From the IMG/VR virus record IMGVR_UViG_2619619129_000002: a DNA stretch of 12,741 bases; one strand, given 5' to 3'. The position numbers were made by a program, and so were the translations under genes. This DNA comes from a virus (lineage: Duplodnaviria > Heunggongvirae > Uroviricota > Caudoviricetes). Shown here one piece after another: positions 7,906-12,741 of the stretch (within the stretch, counting starts at the first letter, position 1; each line of letters begins with the position of its first letter). The notes below the pieces were generated by a model that was not told where the DNA came from, ran no database searches, and saw only the letters and a list, made by a program, of their open reading frames with translations.

Positions 7906-8009
7906 AGATCAAATGTACAACCAAGGTTTTATTTCATCAAACGAAAATGGTTGTTGACTAAAAACAACCATAGTTTTAATCTTGATTCGGATTAACCACG
8001 GAGGTTGTT
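7906..8009. promoter_or_regulatory. Divergent promoter/operator region (OR, pR, and presumably pRM) between the repressor and cro-like genes
   Basis: pR: -35 TTGACT (7946-7951), 17-bp spacer, -10 TAATCT. Operator inverted repeat ATGGTTGT-N9-ACAACCAT overlaps the -35; a further ACAACC-aa-GGTT element lies at about 7918-7931. The repressor ATG follows with no Shine-Dalgarno sequence, which suggests a leaderless mRNA as for lambda cI from pRM. Confidence 0.7.
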
Positions 8010-8240
8010 ATGAACCCAGCAATCAAAACAGCGATCAATATCGTTGGTTCACAAAAGAAACTAGGCGATGCCTGCGAAGTTTCACAGCAGGCCGTCTATA
8101 AGTGGCTTCACAACAAAGCAAAGGTATCCCCTGAACATGTCGGCAGCATTGTTACGGCTACTGGTGGAGTTGTGAAGGCATACCAGATTCGCCCGGATCT
8201 TCCGAAGTTGTTTCCACACACCGAAAAGAACGCAGCTTAA
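8010..8240 (+). CDS. Cro-like small HTH regulator (76 aa), YdaS-type
   Basis: GGAGG Shine-Dalgarno 6 nt upstream of the ATG. First gene rightward from pR. Small protein with an HTH-like segment QKKLGDACEVSQQAVYKWL. Confidence 0.85.
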   Translation: MNPAIKTAINIVGSQKKLGDACEVSQQAVYKWLHNKAKVSPEHVGSIVTATGGVVKAYQIRPDLPKLFPHTEKNAA

Positions 8241-8252
8241 ATTTCCATTTCA

Positions 8253-8265
8253 CGCTCTTTAACAA
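8253..8265 (+). promoter_or_regulatory. boxA-like element (CGCTCTTTAACAA), candidate nutR component
   Basis: Exact match to the GCTCTTTAACAA boxA type (rrn / phage 21 / P22) as I recall it. It lies in the cro-to-next-gene spacer where lambdoid nutR sites sit. No convincing boxB hairpin found next to it. Confidence 0.5.
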
Positions 8266-8309
8266 TAAGCAATCAACTTAACAGTCAATTCAAACTAAAG
8301 GAGTCAATT

Positions 8310-8849
8310 ATGCAACCACTTACATACCAACAGACTAGCGGATTTATTCCGACTGCGGTGATAAATCGTTCTCAAACAAAACAAGCTCCAGGCCACGAAA
8401 AAATCCGTGATGCCGTCCGCGCCTGGTCGGCTGTAGATAATCAGGATGTCGTTGCCGCACTCATTGTGAATGAGTATCGGGAGCAGGGCGACGGCACCAT
8501 CGATTTCCCTGATGATGTCAGCCGTGCACGCCAGAAGCTGTTCCGCTTCCTCGATAACAAATTCGATTCTGAAAAATACCGAAATAACGTGCGTGAACTG
8601 ACCCCGGCAATTCTGGCGGTACTACCGCTGGAATATCGCGGTTACCTGGTTGAGCAGGATAGCTTCATGACTCGGTTGGCTGAAATGGAAAAGGAACTCA
8701 GTGAGGCAAAACAGGCTGTCATTCTCAACGCACCACGCCACCAGAAACTGAAGGAAATGAGTGAAGGTATTGTGTCGATGTTTCGTGTGGACCCGGATCT
8801 GGCTGGTCCATTAATGGCGATGGTGACCACCATGCTGGGGGCAATATGA
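8310..8849 (+). CDS. YdaT-like protein (179 aa) in the cII position
   Basis: AAGGAG Shine-Dalgarno upstream. Occupies the slot between cro and O. Resemblance to the Rac YdaT family is from recall of domain character, not verified. Confidence 0.7.
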   Translation: MQPLTYQQTSGFIPTAVINRSQTKQAPGHEKIRDAVRAWSAVDNQDVVAALIVNEYREQGDGTIDFPDDVSRARQKLFRFLDNKFDSEKYRNNVRELTPAILAVLPLEYRGYLVEQDSFMTRLAEMEKELSEAKQAVILNAPRHQKLKEMSEGIVSMFRVDPDLAGPLMAMVTTMLGAI

Positions 8850-8935
8850 CAGGTTCAGAAATGGCGAAAGTCGGTCTGCGGGAACAGAACCGACTTTCAG
8901 GTGCAAATCGTAACACACTCATTGCGGGAGGAATT

Positions 8936-9865
8936 ATGGCAAACACTGCTGAGATATTCAATTTTCCAGTGCCGGATGCGGCACAAAAGGAGCCGCGCGT
9001 GGCAGATCTCGATGATGGTTATACGCGCATTGCAAATGAGTTGCTGGAAGCTGTGATGCTGGCCGGATTAACACAGCACCAGCTTCTGGTCTTCCTGGCT
9101 GTCATGCGCAAAACATATGGCTTTAATAAAAAACTGGATTGGGTGAGCAACGAGCAACTTTCCGAGTTGACCGGGATATTGCCGCACAAGTGTTCTGCTG
9201 CAAAAAGTGTTCTGGTAAAGCGTGGGATTTTTATTCAGAGCGGGCGGAATATCGGCATTAATAATGTGGTCAGTGAATGGTCAACATTACCCGAATCAGG
9301 TAAGAAAAATAAAGTTTACCTGAAAGAGGTAAATTTACCTGAATCAGGTAAGAAAAGTTTACCCAAATCAGGTAAAGGCACTTACCCGAATCAGGTAAAC
9401 ACAAAAGACAAACTAACAAAAGACAATATAAAACCTTATTCGTCCGAGAATTCTGGCGAATACTCTGACCAGCCAGAAAACGACCTTCCTGTGGTGAAAC
9501 CGGATGCTGCGATTCAGAGCGGCAGCAAGTGGGGGACAGCAGAAGACCTGACCGCCGCAGAGTGGATGTTTGACATGGTGAAGACCATCGCGCCATCAGC
9601 CAGAAAACCGAATTTTGCAGGGTGGGCCAACGACATCCGCCTGATGCGTGAGCGTGACGGGCGTAACCATCGCGACATGTGCGTTCTGTTCCGCTGGGCC
9701 TGCCAGGACAACTTTTGGTCTGGTAACGTGCTGAGCCCGGCCAAACTTCGCGACAAATGGACCCAACTCGAAATCAACCGTAACAAACAACAGGCTGGCG
9801 TGACAGCCGGAAAACCAAAACTCGACCTGACAAACACAGACTGGATTTACGGGGTGGATCTATGA
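8936..9865 (+). CDS. O: Replication initiator O (309 aa), chimeric: non-lambda N-terminal domain, lambda-identical C-terminal domain
   Basis: Start placed at ATG 8936 (GGGAGG Shine-Dalgarno 6 nt upstream; MANTAEIFNF aligns with lambda O MTNTAKILNF). The C-terminal roughly 120 aa (ENDLPVVKPDAAIQSGSKWGTAEDLTAAEWMFDMVKTIAPSARKPNFAGWANDIR...) match lambda O from memory. The track ORF extends upstream to 8846. Confidence 0.9.
   Translation: MANTAEIFNFPVPDAAQKEPRVADLDDGYTRIANELLEAVMLAGLTQHQLLVFLAVMRKTYGFNKKLDWVSNEQLSELTGILPHKCSAAKSVLVKRGIFIQSGRNIGINNVVSEWSTLPESGKKNKVYLKEVNLPESGKKSLPKSGKGTYPNQVNTKDKLTKDNIKPYSSENSGEYSDQPENDLPVVKPDAAIQSGSKWGTAEDLTAAEWMFDMVKTIAPSARKPNFAGWANDIRLMRERDGRNHRDMCVLFRWACQDNFWSGNVLSPAKLRDKWTQLEINRNKQQAGVTAGKPKLDLTNTDWIYGVDL
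9287..9435. repeat. ori: Replication origin inside O: five 18-bp iterons (starts 9287, 9316, 9335, 9359, 9382) plus an AT-rich tract (9400-9435)
   Basis: Iteron consensus TTACC(C/T)GAA(T/A)(C/G)AGGTAA(G/A), each an inverted repeat (for example TACCTGA-A-TCAGGTA), followed by cacaaaagacaaactaacaaaagacaatataaaacc. Same architecture as lambda ori but a different iteron sequence. Confidence 0.8.
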
Positions 9866-10563
9866 AAAACATCGCCGCACAGATGATTAACTTTGACCGT
9901 GAGCAGATGCGTCGGATCGCCAACAATATGCCGGAACAGTACGACGAAAAGCCGCAGGTACAGCAGGTAGCGCAGATCATCAACGGTGTGTTCAGCCAGT
10001 TACTGGCAACTTTCCCGGCGAGCCTGGCTAACCGTGACCAGAACGAACTGAACGAAATCCGCCGCCAGTGGGTTCTGGCTTTCCGGGAAAACGGGATCAC
10101 CACAATGGAACAGGTTAACGCAGGAATGCGCGTAGCCCGTCGGCAGAATCGACCATTTCTGCCATCACCCGGGCAGTTTGTTGCATGGTGCCGGGAAGAA
10201 GCATCCGTTATCGCCGGACTGCCAAACGTCAGCGAGCTGGTTGATATGGTTTACGAGTATTGCCGGAAGCGAGGCCTGTATCCGGATGCGGAGTCTTATC
10301 CGTGGAAATCAAACGCGCACTACTGGCTGGTTACCAACCTGTATCAGAACATGCGGGCCAATGCGCTTACTGATGCGGAATTACGGCGTAAAGCTGCCGA
10401 TGAGCTGACCTGTATGACCGCGCGAATTAACCGTGGTGAGGCGATACCTGAACCAGTAAAACAACTTCCTGTCATGGGCGGTAGGCCTCTAAATCGTGCA
10501 CAGGCTCTGGCGAAGATCGCAGAAATCAAAGCGAAGTTCGGACTGAAAGGAGCAACTATATGA
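9862..10563 (+). CDS. P: Replication protein P (helicase loader, 233 aa), lambda-like
   Basis: Translation MKNIAAQMINFDREQMRRIANNMPEQYDEKPQVQQVAQIINGVFSQLLATFPASLANRDQNELNEIRRQW... recognised as lambda P. ATGA start/stop overlap with O. Confidence 0.95.
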   Translation: MKNIAAQMINFDREQMRRIANNMPEQYDEKPQVQQVAQIINGVFSQLLATFPASLANRDQNELNEIRRQWVLAFRENGITTMEQVNAGMRVARRQNRPFLPSPGQFVAWCREEASVIAGLPNVSELVDMVYEYCRKRGLYPDAESYPWKSNAHYWLVTNLYQNMRANALTDAELRRKAADELTCMTARINRGEAIPEPVKQLPVMGGRPLNRAQALAKIAEIKAKFGLKGATI

Positions 10564-10733
10564 CGGGCAAAGAGGCAATTATTCATTATCTGGAGACGCA
10601 CAAGAGCTTCTGTGCGCCGGACGTTGCTGCGACAACAGGTGTGACATTAACCAGCATAAATCAGGCTGCGGCAAAAATGGCGCGGGCAGGAATCCTGGTC
10701 ATTGATGGTAAGGTCTGGCGAACGTTTGTTTAA
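10560..10733 (+). pseudogene. ren: ren, truncated (57 codons versus 96 in lambda)
   Basis: Translation MTGKEAIIHYLETHKSFCAPDVAATTGVTLTSINQAAAKMARAGILVIDGKVWRTFV* matches the lambda Ren N-terminus, then stops where non-lambda AT-rich DNA begins. It is below the length cutoff of the ORF track. Confidence 0.7.
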
Positions 10734-10879
10734 CGGTTAGCTACTCAGGATGATAGGGCGGGGCAAGTGAGTATGAAGCGGATTTTCAGGAATGCCATCA
10801 GAGTTTGGAAATAAAGTGGGTTTTCTAGTGGCAAGAGACTTGATAATATTTAGTTCTTTGAATCCAAGGAGATAGGGTT

Positions 10880-11374
10880 ATGAGAAAATTTATTTTAGCC
10901 TTTGTCATAAGTGCCTCGTTTACAGCAAATGCTGGTGTAGAGAAGTTAGGGCCGTGGATAACAAAGTCTGAGATAAATAAAATGACTGACCAGACTGACT
11001 TTGTGGCTCTTAATTTATCACCAGATTCATATAACAAAGCAGGTACTGATCGTGCAACTTCACTGGTGTTGCGTTGTAGTGATAACAAAACAGATGCCTA
11101 TTTATCATTCAATGATTATATGGGTTCGGACAACCCAAGAATTACAGTGCGGTTAGATGGCGGAAAGCCGGTCAAGAGTGTTTGGGGAGGTGGGGAAGGC
11201 GGTGATTCTGCATTTGCTCCACAACCAATACAATTTATAAAGACCTTGGCTAAGCATAAAAAAGCTATTTTTGGGTTTGAACCTTATGGATCAACTATGC
11301 AAGTAGTTGAGTTTGACTTGTCTGAGATTGATAAGGTTGTGGAAAAAATTTCACAGTCTTGCAATTGGAAATGA
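10880..11374 (+). CDS. Secreted or periplasmic protein of unknown function (164 aa) with a cleavable signal peptide
   Basis: AAGGAG Shine-Dalgarno 8 nt upstream. N-terminus MRKFILAFVISASFTANA with an A-x-A signal peptidase I site before Gly19. Two Cys residues (C66, C161). AT-rich codon usage by eye. Candidate promoter upstream (GATAAT -10-like at about 10842) and terminator downstream. Confidence 0.75.
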   Translation: MRKFILAFVISASFTANAGVEKLGPWITKSEINKMTDQTDFVALNLSPDSYNKAGTDRATSLVLRCSDNKTDAYLSFNDYMGSDNPRITVRLDGGKPVKSVWGGGEGGDSAFAPQPIQFIKTLAKHKKAIFGFEPYGSTMQVVEFDLSEIDKVVEKISQSCNWK

Positions 11375-11391
11375 CAAAAAAATTTCATATG

Positions 11392-11418
11392 AACCCAGTT
11401 GGCGCTGGGTTTTTTATT
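11392..11418 (+). terminator. Rho-independent terminator after the secreted-protein gene
   Basis: Hairpin AACCCAG-ttggcg-CTGGGTT followed by TTTTTATTT, 18 nt past the stop codon. Confidence 0.7.
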
Positions 11419-12009
11419 TCAGTAGCCAATAATGCATTCAAAATCTCTTACTTGAGAAACGGCCTATTTGAGATTTCAGTCGTGGCAGGATGATCAGTTG
11501 ATTCGAGTATTGACGCATTTGCGTTCGGAGCGATTACAGTAGATTGTAAATAATAATGAGAAACACATAGCCACATAGCCACCCCGTGGTATTGAAACCA
11601 TATAATGTTGGATTTGAAAACAGATCTTTTCCCATGTATTAATAACTACATCCCCGCGAGTGATTCAAAAAGGAGGGCCCAATTTTGTCCGAGTTTTTGT
11701 ATTCCCCCGCATGCCGCTGCGGAGCACTACATCTGAGTGTCTGACTAGGGGATAAAATTAGACTGGATAGTGAGGAAAGTGGCGCGCTAGGCTGTGCCGA
11801 GTGCTACCAGTACACCTTGGGGGTGTGCAGCTTTCGCCGAGACTGTAGTGGGTATCGGTTAATGCACGAAAAACCGAGAGGTCAGACAACCAATTTGCCG
11901 TAGGATTGTTTCCGGTGCGATACCGGTCTACTAACTGAAAGCAATGCGAAAAAGCATAAACTCGGTCCTTCAGTCGCCCTACACACTATTTACTGGTAAT
12001 GACTCCAAC

Positions 12010-12513
12010 TTATTGATAGTGTTTTATGTTCAGATAATGCCCGATGATTTTGTCATGCAGCTCCACCGATTTTGAGAACGACAGCGACTTCCGTCCCAGC
12101 CGTGCCAGGTGCTGCCTCAGATTCAGGTTATGCCGCTCAATTCGCTGCGTATATCGCTTGCTGATTACGTGCAGCTTTCCCTTCAGGCGGGATTCATACA
12201 GTGGCCAGCCATCCGTCATCCATATCACCACGTCAAAGGGTGACAGCAGGCTCATAAGACGCCCCAGCGTCGCCATAGTGCGTTCACCGAATACGTGCGC
12301 AACAACCGTCTTCCGGAGCCTGTCATACGCGTAAAACAGCCAGCGCTGGCGCGATTTAGCCCCGACATAGCCCCACTGTTCGTCCATTTCCGCGCAGACG
12401 ATGACGTCACTGCCCGGCTGTATGCGCGAGGTTACCGACTGCGGCCTGAGTTTTTTAAGTGACGTAAAATCGTGTTGAGGCCAACGCCCATAATGCGGGC
12501 AGTTGCCCGGCAT
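12010..12513 (-). CDS. insB: IS1 InsB (transposase C-terminal frame, 167 aa)
   Basis: Translation [64 protein letters not shown]... matches IS1 InsB. Confidence 0.9.
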
Positions 12514-12707
12514 CCAACGCCATTCATGGCCATATCAATGATTTTCTGGTGCGTACCGGGTTGAGAAGCGGTGTAAGTGAACTGCAGTTGCCATGTTTTA
12601 CGGCAGTGAGAGCAGAGATAGCGCTGATGTCCGGCAGTGCTTTTGCCGTTACGCACCACCCCGTCAGTAGCTGAACAGGAGGGACAGCTGATAGAAACAG
12701 AAGCCAC
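12432..12707 (-). CDS. insA: IS1 InsA (91 aa, zinc-finger/HTH regulator and N-terminal part of the InsAB' transposase)
   Basis: Translation [91 protein letters not shown] matches IS1 InsA. Confidence 0.9.
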
Positions 12708-12741
12708 TGGAGCACCTCAAAAACACCATCATACACTAAAT

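Larger units (their letters stand above)
11995..12741 (-). mobile_element. IS1: IS1 insertion sequence, minus orientation, truncated by the window end (about 21 bp of the far end lie outside)
   Basis: Terminal inverted repeat GGTAATGACTCCAACTTATTGATAGTGTTTT at 11995; insA and insB ORFs; the A6C frameshift motif TTAAAAAAC on the minus strand at 12449-12457. Sequence recognised as IS1 from memory. Confidence 0.95.

Noticed and set aside
8010-8849. Toxin-antitoxin interpretation of the YdaS/YdaT-like pair
   Set aside because: Their position (immediately downstream of pR, upstream of O, separated by a boxA) fits Cro and CII analogues; nothing in the sequence demands a toxin-antitoxin function.
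8846-8935. Extended O start at ATG 8846 (339-aa form)
   Set aside because: Not fully rejected, but ATG 8936 has a GGGAGG Shine-Dalgarno and aligns with the lambda O N-terminus; the extension is probably untranslated or a minor coupling start.
11419-11994. tRNA, CRISPR repeats, ERIC/REP elements or group II intron domain V in the ORF-free segment
   Set aside because: No cloverleaf-compatible T-arm/acceptor pairing, no regularly spaced direct repeats, and no recognisable conserved motifs of these elements on inspection.
12044-12736. ORFs 12044-12334 (plus) and 12524-12736 (minus) inside IS1
   Set aside because: Alternative frames within IS1; the functional products are InsA and InsB/InsAB'.

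Overview
The window is a 12.7-kb stretch of a lambdoid temperate-phage genome in phage (non-integrated) configuration. All identifications come from reading the sequence and recalling lambda and IS1 proteins; no database search was run. Left to right: a truncated IS3-family OrfA remnant, the sib/tI hairpin and an intact attP (P arm, core 456-470, P' arm). Then, all on the minus strand, an early-left operon I recognise as essentially lambda itself: int, xis, ea8.5, ea22, orf73 (TraR-like), small orfs, exo, bet, gam. Lambda-like sequence stops at the gam start. The immunity region (about 5.85-8.85 kb) is non-lambda: a small N-position ORF behind a leftward promoter/operator, a terminator, a BamE/OsmE-like lipoprotein gene in the rexAB position, a CI-like HTH+S24-peptidase repressor, divergent OR/pR, a Cro-like (YdaS-type) gene, a boxA element and a YdaT-like gene in the cII position. 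Replication genes follow: a chimeric O (new N-terminal domain with five palindromic iterons, lambda-identical C-terminus), lambda-like P, and ren cut off at codon 57. Downstream is accessory DNA: an AT-rich single-gene moron encoding a signal-peptide protein with its own terminator, a 575-bp ORF-free segment, and an IS1 copy running off the window end. No CRISPR array, tRNA or rRNA was found. I do not see a recognisable multi-gene defence system. The candidate novel cargo is the lipoprotein moron, the secreted-protein moron and the adjacent ORF-free segment, all of unknown function.
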